From NCBI GenBank assembly GCA_964057225.1, contig OZ059895.1, forward strand, positions 23,684,001 to 23,748,000: 64,000 bases of DNA, read 5' to 3'. Positions 39,402 through 53,123 of the stretch are shown piece after piece; positions within the stretch are counted from its first letter, which is position 1; every line of letters begins with the position of its first letter. The DNA is from Auanema rhodensis. Its lineage: Eukaryota; Animalia; Nematoda. The translations under genes were made by a program, and so were the position numbers. The notes below the pieces were generated by a model. The model was given only the letters and a program-made list of their open reading frames with translations. It was not told where the DNA came from and made no database searches.

Positions 39402-42387
39402 TTAATAGTACACGTGATGTGCACTTGGTATGTAACTCGCTTCACGTGAAAGATAAAGAGATGCGGTTTTCAAAATTAGATTCCCCATGTCCATATTAGT
39501 CTAAAAACAAATTATTATTGATATTGGTTCTTGGTAACCATGACTTTGAAATTTACGTGAACTTTACTTTATGCTAATTAAATGTACACGTGATGTGCAC
39601 TTGGTATGTAACTCGCTTCACGTGAAAGATAAAGAGATGCGGTTTTCAAAATTAGATTCCCCATGTCCATATTAGTCTAAAAACAAATTTTTATTGATAT
39701 TAGTTCATGGTAACCATGACTTTGAAATTTACGTGAACTTTAATTTATGCTAATTAAATGTACACGTGATGTGCACTTGGTATGTAACTCGCTTCACGTG
39801 AAAGATGAAGAGATGCGGTTTTCAAAATTAGATTCCCCATGTCCATATTAGTCTAAAAACAAATTTTTATTGATATTCGTTCATGGTAACCATGACTTTG
39901 AAATTTACGTGAACTTTAATTTATGCTAATTAAATGTACACGTGATGTGCACTTGGTATGTAACTCGCTTCACGTGAAAGATAAAGAGATGCGGTTTTCA
40001 AAATTAGATTCCCCATGTCCATATTAGTCTAAAAACAAATTTTTATTGATATTGGTTCATGGTAACCATGACTTTGAAATTTACGTGAACTTTAATTTAT
40101 GCTAATTAAATGTACACGTGATGTGCACTTGGTATGTAACTCGCTTCACGTGAAAGATAAAGAGATGCGGTTTTCAAAATTAGATTCCCCATGTCCATAT
40201 TAGTCTAAAAACAAATTTTTATTGATATTGGTGCATGGTAACCATGACTTTGAAATTTACGTGAACTTTAATTTATGCTAATTAAATGTACACGTGATGT
40301 GCACTTGGTATGTAACTCGCTTCACGTGAAAGATGAAGAGATGCGGTTTTCAAAATTAGATTCCCCATGTCCATATTAGTCTAAAAAAAAATTTTATTGA
40401 TATTGGTTCATGGTAACCGTGACTTTGAAATTTACGTGAACTTTAATTTATGCTAATTAAATGTACACGTGATGTGCACTTGGTATGTAACTCGCTTCAC
40501 GTGAAAGATGAAAAGATGCGGTTTTCAAAATTAGATTCCCCATGTCCATATTAGTCTAAAAAAAAATTTTATTGATATTGGTTCATGGTAACCATGACTT
40601 TGAAATTTACGTGAACTTTAATTTATGCTAATTAAATGTACACGTGATGTGCACTTGGTATGTAACTCGCTTCACGTGAAAGATAAAGAGATGCGGTTTT
40701 CAAAATTAGATTCCCCATGTCCATATTAGTCTAAAAACAAATTTTTATTGATATTGGTTCATGGTAACCATGACTTTGAATTTTACGTGAACTTTAATTT
40801 ATGCTAATTAAATGTACACGTGATGTGCTCTTGGTATGTAACTCGCTTCACGTGAAAGATAAAGAGATGCGGTTTCCAAAATTAGATTCCCCATGTCCAT
40901 ATTAGTCTAAAAACAAATTTTTATTGATATTGGTGCATGGTAACCATGACTTTGAAATTTACGTGAACTTTAATTTATGCTAATTAAATGTACACGTGAT
41001 GTGCACTTGGTATGTAACTCGCTTCACGTGAAAGATAAAGAGATGCGGTTTTCAAAATTAGATTCCCCATGTCCATATTAGTCTAAAAACAAATTTTTAT
41101 TGATATTGGTTCATGGCAACCATGACTTTGAAATTTACGTGAACTTTAATTTATGCTAATTAAATGTACACGTGATGTGCACTTGGTATGTAACTCGCTT
41201 CACGTGAAAGATAAAGAGATGCGGTTTTCAAAATTAGATTCCCCATGTCCATATTAGTCTAAAAACAAATTTTTATTGATATTGGTTCATGGCAACCATG
41301 ACTTTGAAATTTACGTGAACTTTAATTTATGCTAATTAAATGTACACGTGATGTGCACTTGGTATGAAACTCGCTTCACGTGAAAGATAAAGAGATGCGG
41401 TTTTCAAAATTAGATTCCCCATGTCCATATTAGTCTAAAAACAAATTTTTATTGATATTGGTTCATGGTAACCATGACTTTGAATTTTACGTGAACTTTA
41501 ATTTATGCTAATTAAATGTACACGTGATGTGCACTCGGTATGTAACTCGCCTCACGTGAAAGATAAAGAGATGCGGTTTTCAAAATTAGATTCCCCATGT
41601 CCATATTAGTCTAAAAACAAATTTTTATTGATATTGGTGCATGGTAACCATGACTTTGAAATTTACGTGAACTTTAATTTATGCTAATTAAATGTACACG
41701 TGATGTGCACTTGGTATGTAACTCGCTTCACGTGAAAGATAAAGAGATGCGGTTTTCAAAATTAGATTCCCCATGTCCATATTAGTCTAAAAACAAATTT
41801 TTATTGATATTGGTTCATGGTAACCATGACTTTGAAATTTACGTGAACTTTAATTTATGCTAATTAAATGTACACGTGATGTGCACTTGGTATGTAACTC
41901 GCTTCACGTGAAAGATAAAGAGATGCGGTTTTCAAAATTAGATTCCCCATGTCCATATTAGTCTAAAAACAAATTTTTATTGATATTGGTTCATGGTAAC
42001 CATGACTTTGAAATTTACGTGAACTTTAATTTATGCTAATTAAATGTACACGTGATGTGCACTTGGTATGTAACTCGCTTCACGTGAAAGATAAAGAGAT
42101 GCGGTTTTCAAAATTAGATTCCCCATGTCCATATTAGTCTAAAAACAAATTTTTATTGATATTGGTGCATGGTAACCATGACTTTGAAATTTACGTGAAC
42201 TTTAATTTATGCTAATTAAATGTACACGTGATGTGCACTTGGTATGTAACTCGCTTCACGTGAAAGATAAAGAGATGCGGTTTTCAAAATTAGATTCCCC
42301 ATGTCCATATTAGTCTAAAAACAAATTTTTATTGATATTGGTTCATGGTAACCATGACTTTGAAATTTACGTGAACTTTAATTTATG

Positions 42388-45300
42388 CTAATTAAATGTA
42401 CACGTGATGTGCACTTGGTATGTAACTCGCTTCACGTGAAAGATAAAGAGATGCGGTTTTCAAAATTAGATTCCCCATGTCCATATTAGTCTAAAAACAA
42501 ATTTTTATTGATATTGGTTCATGGTAACCATGACTTTGAAATTTACGTGAACTTTAATTTATGCTAATTAAATGTACACGTGATGTGCACTTGGTATGTA
42601 ACTCGCTTCACGTGAAAGATAAAGAGATGCGGTTTTCAAAATTAGATTCCCCATGTCCATATTAGTCTAAAAACAAATTTTTATTGATATTGGTTCATGG
42701 TAACCATGACTTTGAAATTTACGTGAACTTTAATTTATGCTAATTAAATGTACACGTGATGTGCACTTGGTATGTAACTCGCTTCACGTGAAAGATAAAG
42801 AGATGCGGTTTTCAAAATTAGATTCCCCATGTCCATATTAGTCTAAAAACAAATTTTTATTGATATTGGTTCATGGTAACCATGACTTTGAATTTTACGT
42901 GAACTTTAATTTATGCTAATTAAATGTACACGTGATGTGCACTTGGTATGTAACTCGCTTCACGTGAAAGATAAAGAGATGCGGTTTTCAAAATTAGATT
43001 CCCCATGTCCATATTAGTCTAAAAACAAATTTTTATTGATATTGGTTCATGGTAACCATGACTTTGAAATTTACGTGAACTTTAATTTATGCTAATTAAA
43101 TGTACACGTGATGTGCACTTGGTATGTAACTCGCTTCACGTGAAAGATAAAGAGATGCGGTTTTCAAAATTAGATTCCCCATGTCCATATTAGTCTAAAA
43201 ACAAATTTTTTTTGATATTGGTTCATGGTAACCATGACTTTGAAATTTATGTGAACTTTAATTTATGCTAATTAAATGTACACGTGATGTGCACTTGGTA
43301 TGTAACTCGCTTCACGTGAAAGATAAAGAGATGCGGTTCTCAAAATTAGATTCCCCATGTCCATATTAGTCTAAAAACAAATTTTTATTGATATTGGTTC
43401 ATGGTAACCATGACTTTGAAATTTACGTGAACTTTAATTTATGCTAATTAAATGTACACGTGATGTGCACTTGGTATGTAACTCGCTTCACGTGAAAGAT
43501 AAAGAGATGCGGTTTTCAAAATTAGATTCCCCATGTCCATATTAGTCTAAAAACAAATTTTTATTGATATTGGTTCATGGTAACCATGACTTTGAAATTT
43601 ATGTGAACTTTAATTTATGCTAATTAAATGTACACGTGATGTGCACTTGGTATGTAACTCGCTTCACGTGAAAGATAAAGAGATGCGGTTTTCAAAATTA
43701 GATTCCCCATGTCCATATTAGTCTAAAAACAAATTTTTATTGATATTAGTTCATGGTAACCATGACTTTGAAATTTACGTGAACTTTAATTTATGCTAAT
43801 TAAATGTACACGTGATGTGCACTTGGTATGTAACTCGCTTCACGTGAAAGATAAAGAGATGCGGTTTTCAAAATTAGATTCCCCATGTCCATATTAGTCT
43901 AAAAACAAATTTTTATTGATATTGGTTCATGGTAACCATGACTTTGAAATTTACGTGAACTTTAATTTATGCTAATTAAATGTACACGTGATGTGCACTT
44001 GGTATGTAACTCGCTTCACGTGAAAGATAAAGAGATGCGGTTTTCAAAATTAGATTCCCCATGTCCATATTAGTCTAAAAACAAATTTTTATTGATATTA
44101 GTTCATGGTAACCATGACTTTGAAATTTACGTGAACTTTAATTTATGCTAATTAAATGTACACGTGATGTGCACTTGGTATGTAACTCGCTTCACGTGAA
44201 AGATAAAGAGATGCGGTTTTCAAAATTAGATTCCCCATGTCCATATTAGTCTAAAAACAAATTTTTATTGATATTGGTTCATGGTAACCATGACTTTGAA
44301 ATTTACGTGAACTTTAATTTATGCTAATTAAATGTACACGTGATGTGCACTTGGTATGTAACTCGCTTCACGTGAAAGATAAAGAGATGCGGTTTTCAAA
44401 ATTAGATTCCCCATGTCCATATTAGTCTAAAAACAAATTTTTATTGATATTGGTTCATGGTAACCATGACTTTGAAATTTACGTGAACTTTAATTTATGC
44501 TAATTAAATGTACACGTGATGTGCACTTGGTATGTAACTCGCTTCACGTGAAAGATAAAGAGATGCGGTTTTCAAAATTAGATTCCCCATGTCCATATTA
44601 GTCTAAAAACAAATTTTTATTGATATTGGTTCATGGTAACCATGACTTTGAATTTTACGTGAACTTTAATTTATGCTAATTAAATGTACACGTGATGTGC
44701 ACTTGGTATGTAACTCGCTTCACGTGAAAGATAAAGAGATGCGGTTTTCAAAATTAGATTCCCCATGTCCATATTAGTCTAAAAACAAATTTTTATTGAT
44801 ATTGGTTCATGGTAACCATGACTTTGAAATTTACGTGAACTTTAATTTATGCTAATTAAATGTACACGTGATGTGCACTTGGTATGTAACTCGCTTCACG
44901 TGAAAGATAAAGAGATGCGGTTTTCAAAATTAGATTCCCCATGTCCATATTAGTCTAAAAACAAATTTTTTTTGATATTGGTTCATGGTAACCATGACTT
45001 TGAAATTTATGTGAACTTTAATTTATGCTAATTAAATGTACACGTGATGTGCACTTGGTATGTAACTCGCTTCACGTGAAAGATAAAGAGATGCGGTTCT
45101 CAAAATTAGATTCCCCATGTCCATATTAGTCTAAAAACAAATTTTTATTGATATTGGTTCATGGTAACCATGACTTTGAAATTTACGTGAACTTTAATTT
45201 ATGCTAATTAAATGTACACGTGATGTGCACTTGGTATGTAACTCGCTTCACGTGAAAGATAAAGAGATGCGGTTTTCAAAATTAGATTCCCCATGTCCAT

Positions 45301-45907
45301 ATTAGTCTAAAAACAAATTTTTATTGATATTGGTTCATGGTAACCATGACTTTGAAATTTATGTGAACTTTAATTTATGCTAATTAAATGTACACGTGAT
45401 GTGCACTTGGTATGTAACTCGCTTCACGTGAAAGATAAAGAGATGCGGTTTTCAAAATTAGATTCCCCATGTCCATATTAGTCTAAAAACAAATTTTTAT
45501 TGATATTAGTTCATGGTAACCATGACTTTGAAATTTACGTGAACTTTAATTTATGCTAATTAAATGTACACGTGATGTGCACTTGGTATGTAACTCGCTT
45601 CACGTGAAAGATAAAGAGATGCGGTTTTCAAAATTAGATTCCCCATGTCCATATTAGTCTAAAAACAAATTTTTATTGATATTGGTTCATGGTAACCATG
45701 ACTTTGAAATTTACGTGAACTTTAATTTATGCTAATTAAATGTACACGTGATGTGCACTTGGTATGTAACTCGCTTCACGTGAAAGATAAAGAGATGCGG
45801 TTTTCAAAATTAGATTCCCCATGTCCATATTAGTCTAAAAACAAATTTTTATTGATATTAGTTCATGGTAACCATGACTTTGAAATTTACGTGAACTTTA
45901 ATTTATG
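42388..45907 (+). repeat. Tandem 10-monomer HOR (1760 bp x2); third related copy at about 48900-50659
   Basis: A154T (42740/44500/49252), A120T+C159T (43092/44852/49604), T72C (43268/45028), C159T (43444/45204/49956), G129A (43620/45380/50132 and 43972/45732/50484). Confidence 0.9.
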
Positions 45908-48900
45908 CTAATTAAATGTACACGTGATGTGCACTTGGTATGTAACTCGCTTCACGTGAAAGATAAAGAGATGCGGTTTTCAAAATTAGATTCCCCATGT
46001 CCATATTAGTCTAAAAACAAATTTTTATTGATATTGGTTCATGGTAACCATGACTTTGAAATTTACGTGAACTTTAATTTATGCTAATTAAATGTACACG
46101 TGATGTGCACTTGGTATGTAACTCGCTTCACGTGAAAGATAAAGAGATGCGGTTTTCAAAATTAGATTCCCCATGTCCATATTAGTCTAAAAACAAATTT
46201 TTTTTGATATTGGTTCATGGTAACCATGACTTTGAAATTTACGTGAACTTTAATTTATGCTAATTAAATGTACACGTGATGTGCACTTGGTATGTAACTC
46301 GCTTCACGTGAAAGATAAAGAGATGCGGTTTTCAAAATTAGATTCCCCATGTCCATATTAGTCTAAAAACAAATTTTTATTGATATTGGTTCATGGTAAC
46401 CATGACTTTGAAATTTACGTGAACTTTAATTTATGCTAATTAAATGTACACGTGATGTGCACTTGGTATGTAACTCGCTTCACGTGAAAGATAAAGAGAT
46501 GCGGTTTTCAAAATTAGATTCCCCATGTCCATATTAGTCTAAAAACAAATTTTTATTGATATTGGTTCATGGTAACCATGACTTTGAAATTTACGTGAAC
46601 TTTAATTTATGCTAATTAAATGTACACGTGATGTGCACTTGGTATGTAACTCGCTTCACGTGAAAGATAAAGAGATGCGGTTTTCAAAATTAGATTCCCC
46701 ATGTCCATATTAGTCTAAAAACAAATTTTTATTGATATTGGTTCATGGTAACCATGACTTTGAAATTTACGTGAACTTTAATTTATGCTAATTAAATGTA
46801 CACGTGATGTGCACTTGGTATGTAACTCGCTTCACGTGAAAGATAAAGAGATGCGGTTTTCAAAATTAGATTCCCCATGTCCATATTAGTCTAAAAACAA
46901 ATTTTTATTGATATTAGTTCATGGTAACCATGACTTTGAAATTTACGTGAACTTTAATTTATGCTAATTAAATGTACACGTGATGTGCACTTGGTATGTA
47001 ACTCGCTTCACGTGAAAGATAAAGAGATGCGGTTTTCAAAATTAGATTCCCCATGTCCATATTAGTCTAAAAACAAATTTTTATTGATATTGGTTCATGG
47101 TAACCATGACTTTGAAATTTACGTGAACTTTAATTTATGCTAATTAAATGTACACGTGATGTGCACTTGGTATGTAACTCGCTTCACGTGAAAGATAAAG
47201 AGATGCGGTTTTCAAAATTAGATTCCCCATGTCCATATTAGTCTAAAAACAAATTTTTTTTGATATTGGTTCATGGTAACCATGACTTTGAAATTTACGT
47301 GAACTTTAATTTATGCTAATTAAATGTACACGTGATGTGCACTTGGTATGTAACTCGCTTCACGTGAAAGATAAAGAGATGCGGTTTTCAAAATTAGATT
47401 CCCCATGTCCATATTAGTCTAAAAACAAATTTTTATTGATATTGGTTCATGGTAACCATGACTTTGAAATTTACGTGAACTTTAATTTATGCTAATTAAA
47501 TGTACACGTGATGTGCACTTGGTATGTAACTCGCTTCACGTGAAAGATAAAGAGATGCGGTTTTCAAAATTAGATTCCCCATGTCCATATTAGTCTAAAA
47601 ACAAATTTTTATTGATATTGGTTCATGGTAACCATGACTTTGAAATTTACGTGAACTTTAATTTATGCTAATTAAATGTACACGTGATGTGCACTTGGTA
47701 TGTAACTCGCTTCACGTGAAAGATGAAGAGATGCGGTTTTCAAAATTAGATTCCCCATGTCCATATTAGTCTAAAAACAAATTTTTATTGATATTAGTTC
47801 ATGGTAACCATGACTTTGAAATTTACGTGAACTTTAATTTATGCTAATTAAATGTACACGTGATGTGCACTTGGTATGTAACTCGCTTCACGTGAAAGAT
47901 AAAGAGATGCGGTTTTCAAAATTAGATTCCCCATGTCCATATTAGTCTAAAAACAAATTTTTATTGATATTGGTTCATGGTAACCATGACTTTGAAATTT
48001 ACGTGAACTTTAATTTATGCTAATTAAATGTACACGTGATGTGCACTTGGTATGCAACTCGCTTCACGTGAAAGATAAAGAGATGCGGTTTTCAAAATTA
48101 GATTCCCCATGTCCATATTAGTCTAAAAACAAATTTTTATTGATATTGGTTCATGGTAACCATGACTTTGAAATTTACGTGAACTTCAATTTATGCTAAT
48201 TAAATGTACACGTGATGTGCACTTGGTATGTAACTCGCTTCACGTGAAAGATAAAGAGATGCGGTTTTCAAAATTAGATTCCCCATGTCCATATTAGTCT
48301 AAAAACAAATTTTTATTGATATTGGTTCATGGTAACCATGACTTTGAAATTTACGTGAACTTTACTTTATGCTAATTAAATGTACACGTGATGTGCACTT
48401 GGTATGTAACTCGCTTCACGTGAAAGATAAAGAGATGCGGTTTTCAAAATTAGATTCCCCATGTCCATATTAGTCTAAAAACAAATTTTTATTGATATTA
48501 GTTCATGGTAACCATGACTTTGAAATTTACGTGAACTTTAATTTATGCTAATTAAATGTACACGTGATGTGCACTTGGTATGTAACTCGCTTCACGTGAA
48601 AGATAAAGAGATGCGGTTTTCAAAATTAGATTCCCCATGTCCATATTAGTCTAAAAACAAATTTTTATTGATATTGGTTCATGGCAACCATGACTTTGAA
48701 ATTTACGTGAACTTTAATTTATGCTAATTAAATGTACACGTGATGTGCACTTGGTATGTAACTCGCTTCACGTGAAAGATAAAGAGATGCGGTTTTCAAA
48801 ATTAGATTCCCCATGTCCATATTAGTCTAAAAACAAATTTTTATTGATATTGGTTCATGGCAACCATGACTTTGAAATTTACGTGAACTTTAATTTATGC

Positions 48901-51900
48901 TAATTAAATGTACACGTGATGTGCACTTGGTATGTAACTCGCTTCACGTGAAAGATAAAGAGATGCGGTTTTCAAAATTAGATTCCCCATGTCCATATTA
49001 GTCTAAAAACAAATTTTTATTGATATTGGTTCATGGTAACCATGACTTTGAAATTTACGTGAACTTTAATTTATGCTAATTAAATGTACACGTGATGTGC
49101 ACTTGGTATGTAACTCGCTTCACGTGAAAGATAAAGAGATGCGGTTTTCAAAATTAGATTCCCCATGTCCATATTAGTCTAAAAACAAATTTTTATTGAT
49201 ATTGGTTCATGGTAACCATGACTTTGAAATTTACGTGAACTTTAATTTATGCTAATTAAATGTACACGTGATGTGCACTTGGTATGTAACTCGCTTCACG
49301 TGAAAGATAAAGAGATGCGGTTTTCAAAATTAGATTCCCCATGTCCATATTAGTCTAAAAACAAATTTTTATTGATATTGGTTCATGGTAACCATGACTT
49401 TGAATTTTACGTGAACTTTAATTTATGCTAATTAAATGTACACGTGATGTGCACTTGGTATGTAACTCGCTTCACGTGAAAGATAAAGAGATGCGGTTTT
49501 CAAAATTAGATTCCCCATGTCCATATTAGTCTAAAAACAAATTTTTATTGATATTGGTTCATGGTAACCATGACTTTGAAATTTACGTGAACTTTAATTT
49601 ATGCTAATTAAATGTACACGTGATGTGCACTTGGTATGTAACTCGCTTCACGTGAAAGATAAAGAGATGCGGTTTTCAAAATTAGATTCCCCATGTCCAT
49701 ATTAGTCTAAAAACAAATTTTTTTTGATATTGGTTCATGGTAACCATGACTTTGAAATTTATGTGAACTTTAATTTATGCTAATTAAATGTACACGTGAT
49801 GTGCACTTGGTATGTAACTCGCTTCACGTGAAAGATAAAGAGATGCGGTTTTCAAAATTAGATTCCCCATGTCCATATTAGTCTAAAAACAAATTTTTAT
49901 TGATATTGGTTCATGGTAACCATGACTTTGAAATTTACGTGAACTTTAATTTATGCTAATTAAATGTACACGTGATGTGCACTTGGTATGTAACTCGCTT
50001 CACGTGAAAGATAAAGAGATGCGGTTTTCAAAATTAGATTCCCCATGTCCATATTAGTCTAAAAACAAATTTTTATTGATATTGGTTCATGGTAACCATG
50101 ACTTTGAAATTTATGTGAACTTTAATTTATGCTAATTAAATGTACACGTGATGTGCACTTGGTATGTAACTCGCTTCACGTGAAAGATAAAGAGATGCGG
50201 TTTTCAAAATTAGATTCCCCATGTCCATATTAGTCTAAAAACAAATTTTTATTGATATTAGTTCATGGTAACCATGACTTTGAAATTTACGTGAACTTTA
50301 ATTTATGCTAATTAAATGTACACGTGATGTGCACTTGGTATGTAACTCGCTTCACGTGAAAGATAAAGAGATGCGGTTTTCAAAATTAGATTCCCCATGT
50401 CCATATTAGTCTAAAAACAAATTTTTATTGATATTGGTTCATGGTAACCATGACTTTGAAATTTACGTGAACTTTAATTTATGCTAATTAAATGTACACG
50501 TGATGTGCACTTGGTATGTAACTCGCTTCACGTGAAAGATAAAGAGATGCGGTTTTCAAAATTAGATTCCCCATGTCCATATTAGTCTAAAAACAAATTT
50601 TTATTAATATTAGTTCATGGTAACCATGACTTTGAAATTTACGTGAACTTTAATTTATGCTAATTAAATGTACACGTGATGTGCACTTGGTATGTAACTC
50701 GCTTCACGTGAAAGATAAAGAGATGCGGTTTTCAAAATTAGATTCCCCATGTCCATATTAGTCTAAAAACAAATTTTTATTGATATTGGTTCATGGTAAC
50801 CATGACTTTGAAATTTACGTGAACTTTAATTTATGCTAATTAAATGTACACGTGATGTGCACTTGGTATGTAACTCGCTTCACGTGAAAGATAAAGAGAT
50901 GCGGTTTTCAAAATTAGATTCCCCATGTCCATATTAGTCTAAAAACAAATTTTTTTTGATATTGGTTCATGGTAACCATGACTTTGAAATTTACGTGAAC
51001 TTTAATTTATGCTAATTAAATGTACACGTGATGTGCACTTGGTATGTAACTCGCTTCACGTGAAAGATAAAGAGATGCGGTTTTCAAAATTAGATTCCCC
51101 ATGTCCATATTAGTCTAAAAACAAATTTTTATTGATATTGGTTCATGGTAACCATGACTTTGAAATTTACGTGAACTTTAATTTATGCTAATTAAATGTA
51201 CACGTGATGTGCACTTGGTATGTAACTCGCTTCACGTGAAAGATAAAGAGATGCGGTTTTCAAAATTAGATTCCCCATGTCCATATTAGTCTAAAAACAA
51301 ATTTTTATTGATATTGGTTCATGGTAACCATGACTTTGAAATTTATGTGAACTTTAATTTATGCTAATTAAATGTACACGTGATGTGCACTTGGTATGTA
51401 ACTCGCTTCACGTGAAAGATAAAGAGATGCGGTTTTCAAAATTAGATTCCCCATGTCCATATTAGTCTAAAAACAAATTTTTATTGATATTAGTTCATGG
51501 TAACCATGACTTTGAAATTTACGTGAACTTTAATTTATGCTAATTAAATGTACACGTGATGTGCACTTGGTATGTAACTCGCTTCACGTGAAAGATAAAG
51601 AGATGCGGTTTTCAAAATTAGATTCCCCATGTCCATATTAGTCTAAAAACAAATTTTTATTGATATTGGTTCATGGTAACCATGACTTTGAAATTTACGT
51701 GAACTTTAATTTATGCTAATTAAATGTACACGTGATGTGCACTTGGTATGCAACTCGCTTCACGTGAAAGATAAAGAGATGCGGTTTTCAAAATTAGATT
51801 CCCCATGTCCATATTAGTCTAAAAACAAATTTTTATTGATATTGGTTCATGGTAACCATGACTTTGAAATTTACGTGAACTTCAATTTATGCTAATTAAA

Positions 51901-53123
51901 TGTACACGTGATGTGCACTTGGTATGTAACTCGCTTCACGTGAAAGATAAAGAGATGCGGTTTTCAAAATTAGATTCCCCATGTCCATATTAGTCTAAAA
52001 ACAAATTTTTATTGATATTGGTTCATGGTAACCATGACTTTGAAATTTACGTGAACTTTACTTTATGCTAATTAAATGTACACGTGATGTGCACTTGGTA
52101 TGTAACTCGCTTCACGTGAAAGATAAAGAGATGCGGTTTTCAAAATTAGATTCCCCATGTCCATATTAGTCTAAAAACAAATTTTTATTGATATTAGTTC
52201 ATGGTAACCATGACTTTGAAATTTACGTGAACTTTAATTTATGCTAATTAAATGTACACGTGATGTGCACTTGGTATGTAACTCGCTTCACGTGAAATAT
52301 GAAGAGATGCGGTTTTCAAAATTAGATTCCCCATGTCCATATTAGTCTAAAAACAAATTTTTATTGATATTCGTTCATGGTAACCATGACTTTGAAATTT
52401 ACGTGAACTTTAATTTATGCTAATTAAATGTACACGTGATGTGCACTTGGTATGTAACTCGCTTCACGTGAAAGATAAAGAGATGCGGTTTTCAAAATTA
52501 GATTCCCCATGTCCATATTAGTCTAAAAACAAATTTTTATTGATATTGGTGCATGGTAACCATGACTTTGAAATTTACGTGAACTTTAATTTATGCTAAT
52601 TAAATGTACACATGATGTGCACTTGGTATGTAACTCGCTTCACGTGAAAGATAAAGAGATGCGGTTTTCAAAATTAGATTCCCCATGTCCATATTAGTCT
52701 AAAAACAAATTTTTATTGATATTGGTTCATGGTAACCATGACTTTGAAATTTACGTGAACTTTAATTTATGCTAATTAAATGTACACGTGATGTGCACTT
52801 GGTATGTAACTCGCTTCACGTGAAAGATGAAGAGATGCGGTTTTCAAAATTAGATTCCCCATGTCCATATTAGTCTAAAAACAAATTTTTATTGATATTG
52901 GTTCATGGTAACCATGACTTTGAAATTTACGTGAACTTTAATTTATGCTAATTAAATGTACACGTGATGTGCACTTGGTATGTAACTCGCTTCACGTGAA
53001 AGATAAAGAGATGCGGTTTTCAAAATTAGATTCCTCATGTCCATATTAGTCTAAAAACAAATTTTTATTGATATTAGTTCATGGTAACCATGACTTTGAA
53101 ATTTACGTGAACTTTAATTTATG

